Virus record (IMG/VR): IMGVR_UViG_3300010392_005355
Location: 1 to 64,000 of that record
Direction: 5' to 3' (one strand)
Source: a virus
Length of the DNA: 64,000 nucleotides
The notes under the pieces were generated by a model. That model ran no database searches, was not told the origin of the DNA, and saw only the letters and a program-made list of their open reading frames with translations. The position numbers and the translations under genes are program-made. Positions 1 to 9,601 of the stretch are shown piece by piece (positions within the stretch are counted from its first letter, which is position 1; the number at the start of each line of letters is the position of its first letter).

Positions 1-264
1 TTATGCATTCCCGGAAATTCCAAGCGCCCGGTCGATCTCCGCGAAGTCGGCGTCTTCGTCATTATCATTCTCCCCACCTGCAGGGGAGGCAGTGGGGGCA
101 ATCCCCGCCAGTTCGTCAAGCCTGCGCCGGATGGCATCGACATGGAAGACCATGCCCCGGCCAGCCCCGGTTACCGGAGGAATGCCGAACTCACGCGGGT
201 CCTTGCCCGCCAGCATGTGGCGCGCGTCTTCAAGATTGACGAGGATGGGGGCGGGGCGGTTCAT
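1..264 (-). CDS. Small protein, possible excisionase/RDF
   Basis: Last visible gene of the leftward operon; VFHVDAIRRRLDEL resembles Xis-type winged helices; an ATG just before its stop probably starts the next gene (integrase?) outside the window. Confidence 0.45.
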   Translation of the reverse strand: MNRPAPILVNLEDARHMLAGKDPREFGIPPVTGAGRGMVFHVDAIRRRLDELAGIAPTASPAGGENDNDEDADFAEIDRALGISGNA

Positions 265-268
265 GGGC

Positions 269-550
269 TCATCCGGGGTCCTTTGGGGTGGGATTCCCCC
301 AGAGCCTCGCCATCATCTCCCGATGAGCTGCTGCGCGCCTTTCCGCGTGCTCCTTGGTGATGTATCCCTCGGTACCGAACTCGCCGCCACAGACAGGGCA
401 GGGCTTTTCACCGCCGTTAGGGCAGCAGCAGAAATCGCCAGCGCAGTAACAATTCACCTCCCCATCACCGTTGCACTCGTCACAGACGACAAAGTTCTCG
501 TCGTCCTCATAGGGATCGTCGTAATAGTCGTCGTATTCGTCCTGCATCAC
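269..550 (-). CDS. Cys-rich zinc-finger phage protein
   Basis: CDECNGDG...CPVCGG motifs. Confidence 0.6.
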   Translation of the reverse strand: MMQDEYDDYYDDPYEDDENFVVCDECNGDGEVNCYCAGDFCCCPNGGEKPCPVCGGEFGTEGYITKEHAERRAAAHREMMARLWGNPTPKDPG

Positions 551-963
551 CCATCTCCCTGTTCTGCTTTGGAGATTATGGCGGGAGGCCCTGGAAGCGG
601 GCGCCAGTGGGTAATCAGCCAGCTATCCGACACGTCCTCATGCGTCTCGACAATCGGACAGCTTACGTTGCTTGGTACCATCCACCATGAATAGCGCCAC
701 TCTGGATGAGCAGGCGCCCACGCAATCGCAATGCGGGTAGCTGTGCCGACGTTATGCTGAATGTAGGCAATAAATTGCGTTCCATCTTTCGGCGCCGTTT
801 CAATCGGCCTCCACCCCTGTTCGATCACATAGCCTTCTTCCGCTATGGCGGTGAGGGCAGCTTCCAGAAACCAGCGGTCGTAGTTGATGTCGTCATTGTC
901 CGGCATTCCGGACGCGGACATGACGCGATTGAAGACGGCCTCCAGCGCTTTCTCACTCAGCAT
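547..963 (-). CDS. DUF551-like phage protein
   Basis: WRPIETAPKDGT...THWRPLPGPP signature. Confidence 0.75.
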   Translation of the reverse strand: MLSEKALEAVFNRVMSASGMPDNDDINYDRWFLEAALTAIAEEGYVIEQGWRPIETAPKDGTQFIAYIQHNVGTATRIAIAWAPAHPEWRYSWWMVPSNVSCPIVETHEDVSDSWLITHWRPLPGPPAIISKAEQGDG

Positions 964-1456
964 CAGGGCCTCCGTTGGCGTACAATGACAGTTGATCCGG
1001 TTCGTTGATCTTGCGTCTCGGGAACCCTGTGTCGGGCCAGTGAACCATCCACGGCTTAGGTGGGTCGAAGTCTCCGCGTGGTGAGAAGTTAAACCAGCCA
1101 AGCTGTCCCGGCCCTGCGATGGGCTCACAGGATTCTGGTGCATCTACTACCAGACCGCGCGGCCCAAAAAACCAACGGCTAGGGCGCTCGCTGACAACCT
1201 CGACTAGCCTAACTGATCCGATTAGTCCGCCACGCAACAATTCAGATGGGTGCGGACATTCGACCCCTAGCTTGGCCATGTGCTCCCGCGCCGACTCGTA
1301 CTCGTGGCGGGTCATACCTTTTGCCGCGTGGATCTGGATGCGCCGACCAATAAGTGAGCTTGTGCCGATGGGGGCTTTGTTTCGATTCTCGACATCCTTT
1401 CCGCCATGGATTAGCGCCCATGCCCACGGCTGCCGAACTGAAATTGCCTTACTCAT
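953..1456 (-). CDS. ASCH domain protein
   Basis: KAISVRQPWAWALIHGGKDVENR signature. Confidence 0.88.
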   Translation of the reverse strand: MSKAISVRQPWAWALIHGGKDVENRNKAPIGTSSLIGRRIQIHAAKGMTRHEYESAREHMAKLGVECPHPSELLRGGLIGSVRLVEVVSERPSRWFFGPRGLVVDAPESCEPIAGPGQLGWFNFSPRGDFDPPKPWMVHWPDTGFPRRKINEPDQLSLYANGGPDAE

Positions 1457-2087
1457 CCCCGCCTCCGATCATGGCCAGCAGGGCGTCTGCGTTCAACATC
1501 AACTTAGATGCCGCCTGATCCCAAGCCCAAGCAGCCTCTTCGGCGGCCTCCTGACGCTCGCTTGGTGATCCCTCGTCTTCAGGATCTGCTAGCAATGCGC
1601 AGCGCGTATCCGCAGCCCTCCATGCGTCGTAAGCCCGCCTGATCTCCGCGATCTTCTCCCAATCGATGGCCGGGCGCATGGCGGAGAGGGCGGCGCGGGC
1701 TTCAAGCATCAGGCCATCGTAGATGTGATGCTGCCCTTCGCTGTTAAGATCATCGAACTCATAGCAGTTCTGTGATGTGCCAACGCGAGCGACGTACATC
1801 GCTTTCGCCACCCGCTCCACCACGTCCGCGTCCGGCTCACTGGCTGGCGGGGCAGCGGTGAGGAGGGAGGCGGCGCGGCGAAGGTTTCCAGCCAGGCGGT
1901 GTAGACCTTCTTGGACGCCATTGTGCGGCGACTTCGTGTCAATCCAATAGGCAAGATTTTCGGCCATTTCTGGCGTGAACCGCGAGATATTGTTAAGCCC
2001 TTCCTCCAGCTCAGCAATACGCTGGCGCATCTGTTCGGGGGTGTTCATATGGATACCTCTTGAGATAGTCTTTGAAACATTTGCCAA
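1449..2087 (-). CDS. Hypothetical phage protein
   Basis: Overlapping start/stop chain in the leftward operon. Confidence 0.6.
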   Translation of the reverse strand: MANVSKTISRGIHMNTPEQMRQRIAELEEGLNNISRFTPEMAENLAYWIDTKSPHNGVQEGLHRLAGNLRRAASLLTAAPPASEPDADVVERVAKAMYVARVGTSQNCYEFDDLNSEGQHHIYDGLMLEARAALSAMRPAIDWEKIAEIRRAYDAWRAADTRCALLADPEDEGSPSERQEAAEEAAWAWDQAASKLMLNADALLAMIGGGDE

Positions 2088-2311
2088 TGCGTCTCGCTGC
2101 TAAGGGGGCGAGCCTTGGGATTTGCCTCCAGCCATTTTGCTAAGCGAAGCTGACTGCGGGCATAGTCCAAGCATCGACTTGGGGATGCGGACCTTTTAGC
2201 ATGGTACCACCACCACATGGCCGACCGTCGGAAGTAGGCAGGGGACCCGAAAGGTGGCGTTGGCTGTATAGATATAGGATTGATATTCCGGTCTAATGCG
2301 CGCTCAACCAT
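2045..2311 (-). CDS. Hypothetical phage protein
   Basis: ORF in operon with upstream AGGAG. Confidence 0.45.
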   Translation of the reverse strand: MVERALDRNINPISIQPTPPFGSPAYFRRSAMWWWYHAKRSASPSRCLDYARSQLRLAKWLEANPKARPLSSETHWQMFQRLSQEVSI

Positions 2312-2361
2312 CCATCTTCTCCTTCTCAGCGAGTGCCCTCAGCAGGGCGGCAAGGAGAGTT

Positions 2362-2838
2362 TCAGTCTTGGTCATGGGTGGGCTCCTTGAGGGCGGCGCG
2401 TACCGCACCTGCTGCTGTGTCGAAGAGTGCATTGCCTACCCCGCCGCCTAATGGCGTTCCGCTAATTAGGTACGGATACGTCCACTTGTCATCCTCTCGA
2501 TATGGGTAATGCGGATGGTCTGTTCCGGCATTGTCCAAAGCCCATTCCAAAGCCTCCCTCAGCCGCTCATTCTCCTCCCACGCTTGGCGTAGAGCTGCGG
2601 TGAGGGCGAGGACATCGGCTTTAGCGCTTTGCACAAACATAGCATCCGACTCCAAAGCAAAAATTCCGCGCATTGGCTCAGGCGGGCACTTTTCGTCATC
2701 GACCCAATCCCAGCCAAGATTAAACGAGTCACCAGACGGCGCGCCGTCTCTGCGCTGCAGCCTCCAATCGCTCGTAACCGCCCTCGCCCGTGCTTCGATC
2801 TCTTCCAGTTGTTCGGGGGTCATTTCACTTCCTTCCAA
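2362..2838 (-). CDS. Hypothetical phage protein (Ead/Ea22-like N-terminus)
   Basis: MTPEQLEEIEARARA...DAMFVQSAKADVLAL pattern typical of early phage genes. Confidence 0.6.
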   Translation of the reverse strand: MEGSEMTPEQLEEIEARARAVTSDWRLQRRDGAPSGDSFNLGWDWVDDEKCPPEPMRGIFALESDAMFVQSAKADVLALTAALRQAWEENERLREALEWALDNAGTDHPHYPYREDDKWTYPYLISGTPLGGGVGNALFDTAAGAVRAALKEPTHDQD

Positions 2839-3334
2839 ACTTCGGCTTACGATAGCCGGGATGCTGTTTACTTAGCGGGCTGATGTACCCGGACGGTTTC
2901 CGCCGCTTTGGAGAAGGCGCCTCAGCGTCCTCACCAGAACGCCGGACAGACATTCGATTGCCCCGGCCACGCGCCACGTTTTCCTTCGCGGCCTCGCGGG
3001 CATTGCATTCTTGTCTCCACCACCAGGTATTGCCCAGAACGTGCCCCGGAGAGTTCTTGCCCCGGCGGTAGAATTCATGCGCGACCACGGGGTATCCGGG
3101 CGGCGGGTTCTCAGCGTCCCACGGGCTCTCAAGGTCCAGAGGCTCACCGCACCCGCACTTGCAGCGGTAGCCCTGAAGGATCAGGAGGGCTTCGGCGTCA
3201 ATGTGCTCTGCCGGGATGCCGCGCTTGGCGGTCTCCGTTTGCTGGCGCTTCATGGCCTTGCGGAGGAGGGCGAGGCGGGGGGCGGGGATGGTGCGGGCGG
3301 TCATGACCTCACCGCTCCCATCAGCATCTTGCAC
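2825..3334 (-). CDS. Degenerate HNH-like phage protein
   Basis: QGYRCKCGCGEPL...H...GN...CN pattern. Confidence 0.5.
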   Translation of the reverse strand: MQDADGSGEVMTARTIPAPRLALLRKAMKRQQTETAKRGIPAEHIDAEALLILQGYRCKCGCGEPLDLESPWDAENPPPGYPVVAHEFYRRGKNSPGHVLGNTWWWRQECNAREAAKENVARGRGNRMSVRRSGEDAEAPSPKRRKPSGYISPLSKQHPGYRKPKFGRK

Positions 3335-3666
3335 AGCTCTTTCATCTCAAGCTTGGAGAGCATGAAGCCCGAGCCGTCCGGCAGGACAAGACGAACGTGG
3401 TGCGGTGCACCGATGCCCTTGTCCTCTCCAATCCACGTTTCCACGCGGACAAATTCCGGCGATCCGTCTGACCAAGTGAATAGATTCTGTGCCTCTACCT
3501 CTGTAAGGTCAGGTTCTGGTGCTTTTGGGCTGTATCCGCGAATGGTCGGCTCAGACATCAGGCTCCGAAAACGCTTGGAAAACGCTTGGTGTTGCCTTTC
3601 CCCTTCCGGATCTATTGCCTCTCGGATCATGCGGGCTTGATCCTCTTTCATTTGATCGGCCATCAC
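3301..3666 (-). CDS. Hypothetical phage protein
   Basis: Operon position, overlaps neighbours. Confidence 0.55.
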   Translation of the reverse strand: MMADQMKEDQARMIREAIDPEGERQHQAFSKRFRSLMSEPTIRGYSPKAPEPDLTEVEAQNLFTWSDGSPEFVRVETWIGEDKGIGAPHHVRLVLPDGSGFMLSKLEMKELCKMLMGAVRS

Positions 3667-4178
3667 CCAGCCCTCCCTTGTTCACGCTCTTCATGGACGT
3701 CGAAGGCGGTGCCTTTGAGCCAGTGTGAGCGCACGTAATCCCCGGCATCAAAGCCATCGGGCTGAGGGCACGGGTCTCCAATTTCGTGAATCGCGAGAGG
3801 CTTCAGCTTCTCAACAGGATCGGCCCCGTCATCATCCGCAGTGATCGCGGATGGCCACAGTTTTACGACCCCGGACTCATTCAGAAGCCGCAGGTTTTGC
3901 TGTTCGTCATGATCAATGTAGACCAGCCACTTCCGGTCACGCCTGCCGATGACAGTTCCCATGACGCCATCGACATCAGATGGTTGGTAACCGTCGTCTT
4001 TGTCGCCTGCAGCCTTGAGATAGACGGAGACGCGCTGTCCGGGCTTGAAGAGGTTTCGATAGTCGGCGCAGCGGATTCTGGCCGAGCTGATCGGGGCGCC
4101 GCTGAGCCGTTCCTGCACAGCACGTTTGCGCTCGCACGGGTTCATGGGGCACATATTGCAAGGGGTGTAGGCCGTCAT
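3663..4178 (-). CDS. Hypothetical phage protein
   Basis: ATGA overlaps; Cys-rich N-terminus. Confidence 0.6.
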   Translation of the reverse strand: MTAYTPCNMCPMNPCERKRAVQERLSGAPISSARIRCADYRNLFKPGQRVSVYLKAAGDKDDGYQPSDVDGVMGTVIGRRDRKWLVYIDHDEQQNLRLLNESGVVKLWPSAITADDDGADPVEKLKPLAIHEIGDPCPQPDGFDAGDYVRSHWLKGTAFDVHEEREQGRAG

Positions 4179-4558
4179 TCCGTCACCACCACGCCGATAA
4201 CCGGCTTACCTGGGAAGATGCGCTGAATGCTTTCCATTGGGCCTTCGGTGCGCTCCTGCTGGCCGCGTGGGAGACTGACGGTCTCGCCGTAGCGTTCGAT
4301 CAGGGCGGCGCCGACAGCCTGCCAGTCTGGACCTTCACCGTCCTCATGAGGCGCTGGCATGTCCGGCAAGTGTGCGCGGATCGCTTCCGACATACGAGTC
4401 CACAAGGCCTTGTCCGCGAGTTCATGCGTCCAGACAGGATGGCCCAGAACCCATTCGGTAATCTCGCCCATGTCGCCGTAGGACATGCCTTGCTTAAGGG
4501 CCACACCGGACGAGGCAGAGCCAACGATCAGTGTATCGAATTCCTTCATCTCGGTCAT
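4175..4558 (-). CDS. Hypothetical phage protein, copy 2 of a duplicated gene
   Basis: 127 aa; 19 differences from 5082..5465 by manual alignment. Confidence 0.85.
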   Translation of the reverse strand: MTEMKEFDTLIVGSASSGVALKQGMSYGDMGEITEWVLGHPVWTHELADKALWTRMSEAIRAHLPDMPAPHEDGEGPDWQAVGAALIERYGETVSLPRGQQERTEGPMESIQRIFPGKPVIGVVVTE

Positions 4559-5085
4559 CAGATTTCCCCCAATGCCAGCAGATACGTATCGAGCATCAGT
4601 TCCTGCTCTTCCCGGTCGGCCTTATCGATCTTCCGGAGGCGGATGACGGCGCGGAGGGCTTTTGTGTCGAATCCCAAGGCCTTGGCCTCTGCGTAGACTT
4701 CCTTGATCGCCTCAGCGACTTCCTTCTTCTCCTCTTCGAGGCGTTCGATCTTGGCGACGGTCTGGCGGAGCCTTTCGCGCCCGGGCTGTCCAAGTGCCCC
4801 AGCTAATTCAGGGGCACGGTCAGGCGCGTGGCTATTGTGCCCGGTGCCGGGGAGGGTGGGCTCATCACCATCCTCGCTCTGCTGCAGGACCTCGCGCTTT
4901 CCCGCGTGGTTCGGCGCCGATACGAGGCCGGACTTCTCCATCCGCTCGATAAGGTCGTAGGCCTTGTTGTAGCCAAGCGTCAGCTCACGCTGCAGGTAAC
5001 TGACGCTCGCGCGGCCGGATTTCAGGACGGTGGAGACGGCTCTCTCATAGAGAGCGTCCATGGTGGCTTGATCTGTGTCGGTCAT
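4558..5085 (-). CDS. FtsK gamma domain - GapR (DUF2312) fusion DNA-binding protein
   Basis: N-term LYERAVSTVLKSGRASVSYLQRELTLGYNKAYDLIERMEKSGLVSAPNHAGKREVL (FtsK gamma); C-term LRQTVAKIERLEEEKKEVAEAIKEVYAEAKALGFDTKALRAVIRLRK...LDTYLLALG (GapR). Confidence 0.9.
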   Translation of the reverse strand: MTDTDQATMDALYERAVSTVLKSGRASVSYLQRELTLGYNKAYDLIERMEKSGLVSAPNHAGKREVLQQSEDGDEPTLPGTGHNSHAPDRAPELAGALGQPGRERLRQTVAKIERLEEEKKEVAEAIKEVYAEAKALGFDTKALRAVIRLRKIDKADREEQELMLDTYLLALGEI

Positions 5086-5465
5086 TCCGGCACCACCACG
5101 CCGATCACCGGCTTACCTGGGGCGATGCGCTGAAGGCTCTCCATTGGGCCTTCGGTGCGCTCCTGCTGGCCGCGTGGGAGACTGACGGTCTCGCCGTAGC
5201 GTTCGATCAGGGCGGCGCCAATGGCTTTCCAGTCAGGCTTTTCACCGTCCTCAAAGCGCCCCGGCATGTCCGGCAGGTGCGCGCGGATCGCCTCGGTCAT
5301 GCGATGCCACAGGGCCTTGTCCGCGAGTTCATGCGTCCAGACCGGGTGGCCCAGAACCCATTCCGCAACGGCTCCCATGTCACTGTAGGACATGCCTTGC
5401 TTCAAGCCTATTCCGCACGAGGCAGAGCCTACGATCAGTGTGTCGAATTCTTTCATGGTGGTCAT
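5082..5465 (-). CDS. Hypothetical phage protein, copy 1 of a duplicated gene
   Basis: Paralog of 4175..4558. Confidence 0.85.
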   Translation of the reverse strand: MTTMKEFDTLIVGSASCGIGLKQGMSYSDMGAVAEWVLGHPVWTHELADKALWHRMTEAIRAHLPDMPGRFEDGEKPDWKAIGAALIERYGETVSLPRGQQERTEGPMESLQRIAPGKPVIGVVVPE

Positions 5466-5917
5466 GCTGCTTTCTTTCCTTCAAAAAATGCGCTCACGGC
5501 GTCGTCAAGTTCCTGGCTCTCGCAGCCGAGGACGAACCGCGCGCATATATCCACGGCCTTGTTGCAGAGCTGACTGAAGGCCGGTTCATCCAGCTTTCCG
5601 AACGAGATCGACTTCGGCACGTATTGCGTCACCCACTCGCCGGGCCGCTTTCCGGGAACGACAATCGTCGTGAAATGCCCGGTCTTTAGCTTGAGCATGT
5701 CGGAGACGGATTCCCGCGACGGGTAGTGCTCCGAGTTCTCGCTCACGACCTCGCACAGCTTCCACCACCATTTGAGCCGTTTGTAGTTGCGGGGAAGGCT
5801 GACAACCGCCTTGATCGCGCGGTTCAGTGGTAGCTCCCAGATGGCTTCCTGCGACTCCGCGTCGGCGGCGATCAGGCGTCCGTCCAATGTACGGGTGAGA
5901 TGGATTTCAGTGGCCAT
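5462..5917 (-). CDS. DUF1367/NinB-like recombination accessory protein
   Basis: PRNYKRLKWWW...PKSISFGKLDEPAFSQL pattern, next to ssb. Confidence 0.7.
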   Translation of the reverse strand: MATEIHLTRTLDGRLIAADAESQEAIWELPLNRAIKAVVSLPRNYKRLKWWWKLCEVVSENSEHYPSRESVSDMLKLKTGHFTTIVVPGKRPGEWVTQYVPKSISFGKLDEPAFSQLCNKAVDICARFVLGCESQELDDAVSAFFEGKKAA

Positions 5918-5929
5918 GGTTCATATCCT

Positions 5930-6352
5930 CTAAAACGGAATCGAGTCCCCAATGTCCTGATCGAACGACTCCTGCTGTCCGCCGCTGTCACGCTCTCCGG
6001 ATGGCTTCCCATCCAGCAGCACCAGGCTGGCATTGAAGCCCTGCAGGACAACCTCGGTCGTGTACCGATCATTGCCCTCCCGGTCCTGCCACTTGCGGGT
6101 CTGAAGCTTGCCTTCAACGTAGAGCTTGGAGCCCTTCTTCACGTAGCTCTGCACGACGCGGACAAGGCCTTCGCTCATGACGGAGACGTTGTGCCATTCG
6201 GTGCGCTCTTTGCGTTCGCCCGAACTCTTGTCACGCCATGTCTCAGATGTGGCGATGGAGAAGTTCGCGACCTGGCCTCCATTTGGGAACTGGCGGACTT
6301 CAGGATCTTTTCCGACCCGCCCAAGCAATATGACCTTGTTCACGAAAGACAT
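5930..6352 (-). CDS. ssb: Single-stranded DNA-binding protein
   Basis: [17 protein letters not shown]...TEWHNV...[11 protein letters not shown]; acidic DSIPF tail. Confidence 0.97.
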   Translation of the reverse strand: MSFVNKVILLGRVGKDPEVRQFPNGGQVANFSIATSETWRDKSSGERKERTEWHNVSVMSEGLVRVVQSYVKKGSKLYVEGKLQTRKWQDREGNDRYTTEVVLQGFNASLVLLDGKPSGERDSGGQQESFDQDIGDSIPF

Positions 6353-7350
6353 CAGAACCTCAGCGTTACGTTCGGGATTGATCCACTGGCGATGGCGAGG
6401 ACAGCCTTCTTGGCTGCGGTCTCGGAAATGCCCGCCGTTTCCATGAGGGCTTCCTTTGCTGACCGCATCACAGAGGATCGGTGGGCAATGTCAGCCTCTC
6501 GTTCGGCGGCGGCGCGCTCATCGTCCGCCTTCTGCTTTGCCTGACGGTCCAGCTCGGCCTGAGCCTCAGCTGCTGCCTTGTTGGCGGCGTCGATCTCTGC
6601 CTGCGCCTTGCGTTCTGCTTCGTCAGCGGCGCGCTGCGCTGCTTCCTGGGCGGCCGCGTCGATACGGGCTTGTTCGGCTTCCTCTTCCCGGCGCTTACGT
6701 TCGGCGTCAGCTGCCGCCTGTTCAGCCGCAGCCTTCTCGGCGCGAAGCCGATCCAGTTCTTCACGGTCAGCCTGTTCCTGCTTGAGACGTGCGATCTCGG
6801 AATCCAGTGCCTCGATAGCCGCGGACTGCTCCGACAGCGCGGTCTCCAGCATGTCGCCGAAGGTGTCCGCGGACAGGTTGGCACCGATCACGTCCTGGCG
6901 CTTCGCCTCGACGTCGGCGATCTCACCCCGGAAGGTCATGGCTGCAGCAAACAGAAGGCGGGTGTTGGTGACGGTCGCCTTGCGAGCGTCTTCAGCCTCT
7001 TCCCACTCCGTGAGCGGTTTGCGGGCTTTGATCTTCAAGGCGTCCAGTTCGTCCCGCATCTTGCGCCGGATGGCATCGACTTCGTTGATTGCCTTCCGGT
7101 GATCTTCGTTAAGCGCCTTGCCAGCGTCATCCAGCGGCGTCTTCCGGCGCGCGATGGAGTAGGCGAGGGACGCAATGGCCTTGCGTCCGGTCTCGGTGGA
7201 AACGTCGGGAGTGAGCGCGGCGATCTCAGCCTTCACTTCATCCAGCAGGCTTTCGAGCATGCCGGTCTCAGTGAAGAGAAGGTTCGGGTTCTCGGCGAGC
7301 ATTTCGCCGACGGCGGCAGAGTTGTGCCCGATGGTTGCTGCTTCGGTCAT
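6352..7350 (-). CDS. Coiled-coil phage protein (Ala/Glu-rich)
   Basis: [20 protein letters not shown] motif of a phage family usually found beside exo/SSB. Confidence 0.7.
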   Translation of the reverse strand: MTEAATIGHNSAAVGEMLAENPNLLFTETGMLESLLDEVKAEIAALTPDVSTETGRKAIASLAYSIARRKTPLDDAGKALNEDHRKAINEVDAIRRKMRDELDALKIKARKPLTEWEEAEDARKATVTNTRLLFAAAMTFRGEIADVEAKRQDVIGANLSADTFGDMLETALSEQSAAIEALDSEIARLKQEQADREELDRLRAEKAAAEQAAADAERKRREEEAEQARIDAAAQEAAQRAADEAERKAQAEIDAANKAAAEAQAELDRQAKQKADDERAAAEREADIAHRSSVMRSAKEALMETAGISETAAKKAVLAIASGSIPNVTLRF

Positions 7351-7961
7351 GCGGCTACTCCTTCGAGGTCTGCGACCGTGTCGGTTACTTCACGGAGGAA
7401 GGCGGCCACCTCTGTTTCGAGTTCGATGATGACGCGCTGGTCACGCGGGACGCGCTTGACGAACAGCGCCAGGTGAGGCGGCAGGCGAGGATCATAGGAG
7501 ACGAAGTCGCACCATTGGCGACCGGTACAGGCCATCTGCCATTGCATCTGCGTCTCGTAGTTGCCCTTGATGGCAGCGCCGCGCAGCGTCTCGATATGCG
7601 TGGCCGTGTTCGGGCACTTGATCTCGATCAGCCCTTCTTCTCCGACGTAACCGTCAGGGCTGGCGCCCGCCATGGCGATGGTCGGATGGTCTACGAATCC
7701 AGCGGCCAAGACATCGCGGCCCGTAAGGAAGGCATAGGCGCCGCGCGCTTCAGGTTCCTTTTCGGTGCCCCAGAGCATTTCCTTGCTGGTGAAGGTCTCT
7801 TCGACCGTCCCGGTCAGGCGTTCACAGACAAGCTGGGCAGCGTAGTTCTTCCGGCTTGCAGCGGGGCCGCTTTTCGTCCTGGCGATGATGTCGGCGATCC
7901 GGCTGGCGGTGGCCTTGCCACAGCGCTGTGCGAACCACTCCGGAGTTCCTTGTTCGATCAT
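7347..7961 (-). CDS. YqaJ/lambda-type exonuclease
   Basis: QGTPEWFAQR, GASPDG, IEIKCP, QMQWQM motifs. Confidence 0.95.
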   Translation of the reverse strand: MIEQGTPEWFAQRCGKATASRIADIIARTKSGPAASRKNYAAQLVCERLTGTVEETFTSKEMLWGTEKEPEARGAYAFLTGRDVLAAGFVDHPTIAMAGASPDGYVGEEGLIEIKCPNTATHIETLRGAAIKGNYETQMQWQMACTGRQWCDFVSYDPRLPPHLALFVKRVPRDQRVIIELETEVAAFLREVTDTVADLEGVAA

Positions 7962-8752
7962 TGTTCTGTTTCCTTCTTTTGGTCCGCGAGCTTGCGCTCC
8001 AGCACCGTCTTGAGGTGGGGGAAATTCTTCATCCAGATTTCGGACATTCCTTCGACTTTGGCGTAGGCGAAGAACGCCTTCCGGTCGGATTTGGTTTGCT
8101 TCAGCAGGTCGTCGAGGACGGTCATTTCCTCTGGGCCGACAAGCGGTTCGGTCTGTGGCTTTGCGTTGTTGCCGTCGTCATCGTCAGCATCCGCAATATC
8201 GAAGGCCATCATCTTCATCGTCCGTCGGGCGAACGTGATCGTGGACTTCATTGCCTGAACCGGCGTCTTGTTGGAGTTGCCCTTCATGCCTTCGCCATCC
8301 AGTGGCCAGGGCAGGGTGAATGACTCGGAATGTCCGTCCTTGTGGATCGTGGTGCACGTCACATCGATGTGGTTGGCGCGCTCGCTCGGCACGGCGGTAA
8401 AATCCAACGTGAAGCCGTGAGCTGTGATGACGGGCGTGACAGCCTCATCGATCGCCGCAAGGTCTGCATAATTGGACTTGGTGTGGCTGTTCTTCCGCTT
8501 CTTCAGGACACGCGGGATTTCTGCCTTTGCTGCGACCTTCGCCGCCATGAAGGCCAGCTTTGCATTCTCCTGGCGTTCTTCCTTCGCCATCGCGCGGAGC
8601 CGGTCGATCATGTCGAGTGGCATGCCAGCGAAGACAGCGCGTTCAACGATGCTCGCGTTCTCCGGGAGATACTCGGTCAGATCCTTGCGGGGCGATGGCG
8701 CAGGGACCTCCTCACGCTGAACAATCTCGAAGTCTTCATTTCCATCAGCCAT
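7958..8752 (-). CDS. ERF-family ssDNA annealing protein
   Basis: YADLAAIDEAV...HKDGHS...QAMKSTITFARR...DDDG. Confidence 0.88.
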   Translation of the reverse strand: MADGNEDFEIVQREEVPAPSPRKDLTEYLPENASIVERAVFAGMPLDMIDRLRAMAKEERQENAKLAFMAAKVAAKAEIPRVLKKRKNSHTKSNYADLAAIDEAVTPVITAHGFTLDFTAVPSERANHIDVTCTTIHKDGHSESFTLPWPLDGEGMKGNSNKTPVQAMKSTITFARRTMKMMAFDIADADDDDGNNAKPQTEPLVGPEEMTVLDDLLKQTKSDRKAFFAYAKVEGMSEIWMKNFPHLKTVLERKLADQKKETEQ

Positions 8753-8990
8753 GGGCTGCCTCCTTTTCCTGTTGCTTCAGCCACTCATTGCGGCCGCCTG
8801 CGATATCAAATCCGGTCTTCTGCCCGTTGAGGGCGCGTTGGAGATCGCGGGCCATCTTGCGTCTCGCCTTGGCCCGGTCGGGTTCGCCAGCGACCGTGAG
8901 CCGGATGGCTTCGAGGCGAAGCATTGCGACGGCCTTCCTGCCTTCGTAGTCGAGGCGTTCGCGGTCGCGTTTTGAGCGGGGGCGGATCAT
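8745..8990 (-). CDS. Hypothetical basic phage protein
   Basis: Operon overlap. Confidence 0.5.
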   Translation of the reverse strand: MIRPRSKRDRERLDYEGRKAVAMLRLEAIRLTVAGEPDRAKARRKMARDLQRALNGQKTGFDIAGGRNEWLKQQEKEAAHG

Positions 8991-9601
8991 GGGTGCATGT
9001 CCCCGTACATTTTGATGTCGCGGGCCATGCAGAACTGGCGGCGCAGTTCCCCATACCGAACGAGAAACAGCGTTGCGGCATCGACAGGCGTCAGCGGATC
9101 AATGGTTTGCTTCAGCGGAGGGTACTTGCTGAGACCGTTCCACTCGTCCTGCGAGCCGCTTGTCAGGTCGCGCTGCTCAGTCCGCAGAAGACGAAGATCT
9201 GCCCGCTTGATTTCCGGGTGCGAGATGTCCTCCAGCGTGAGGCCGAACCGCGCACACACTGCTTCCTCAACGCGCTTTTCCACCACCTTGTAGTCGGGCA
9301 GCAATTGCTTCAGTGGGCCGACAATATCGCCGATATAGGCCTCAGCTGCATCGTGCATCAACGCCGCGAATTTGAGGCCGGGCGGCACGATCTCGCTGAC
9401 CAGAACCGAGTGTTGGGCTACGCTGTAGAAATTCAGGCACTGGCCACCGAAGCGGCAGGTGTGGGACAGGCCCTGCGCGATATCTTCAATATGGATTGAG
9501 GATAGCTTCGGTTCGATGAAGTCGAAATACTGTCCAGTCTTGCAGATGATGGTAGCGCCGACGACGCCGGGCTTTGACTTCAGTTGCTGTGCGGTGGTCA
9601 T
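8987..9601 (-). CDS. HD-domain phosphohydrolase (YfbR/YfdR-like)
   Basis: CRFGG...YSVAQHS...LMHDAAEAYIGD. Confidence 0.92.
   Translation of the reverse strand: MTTAQQLKSKPGVVGATIICKTGQYFDFIEPKLSSIHIEDIAQGLSHTCRFGGQCLNFYSVAQHSVLVSEIVPPGLKFAALMHDAAEAYIGDIVGPLKQLLPDYKVVEKRVEEAVCARFGLTLEDISHPEIKRADLRLLRTEQRDLTSGSQDEWNGLSKYPPLKQTIDPLTPVDAATLFLVRYGELRRQFCMARDIKMYGDMHP

Noticed and set aside
2304-2375. 23-aa mini-ORF MTKTETLLAALLRALAEKEKMDG
   Set aside because: Probably a deletion remnant that preserves translational coupling; too short to support a function
4175-5465. Diversity-generating retroelement TR/VR pair
   Set aside because: No reverse transcriptase in the window; differences are not adenine-specific and both copies are full ORFs
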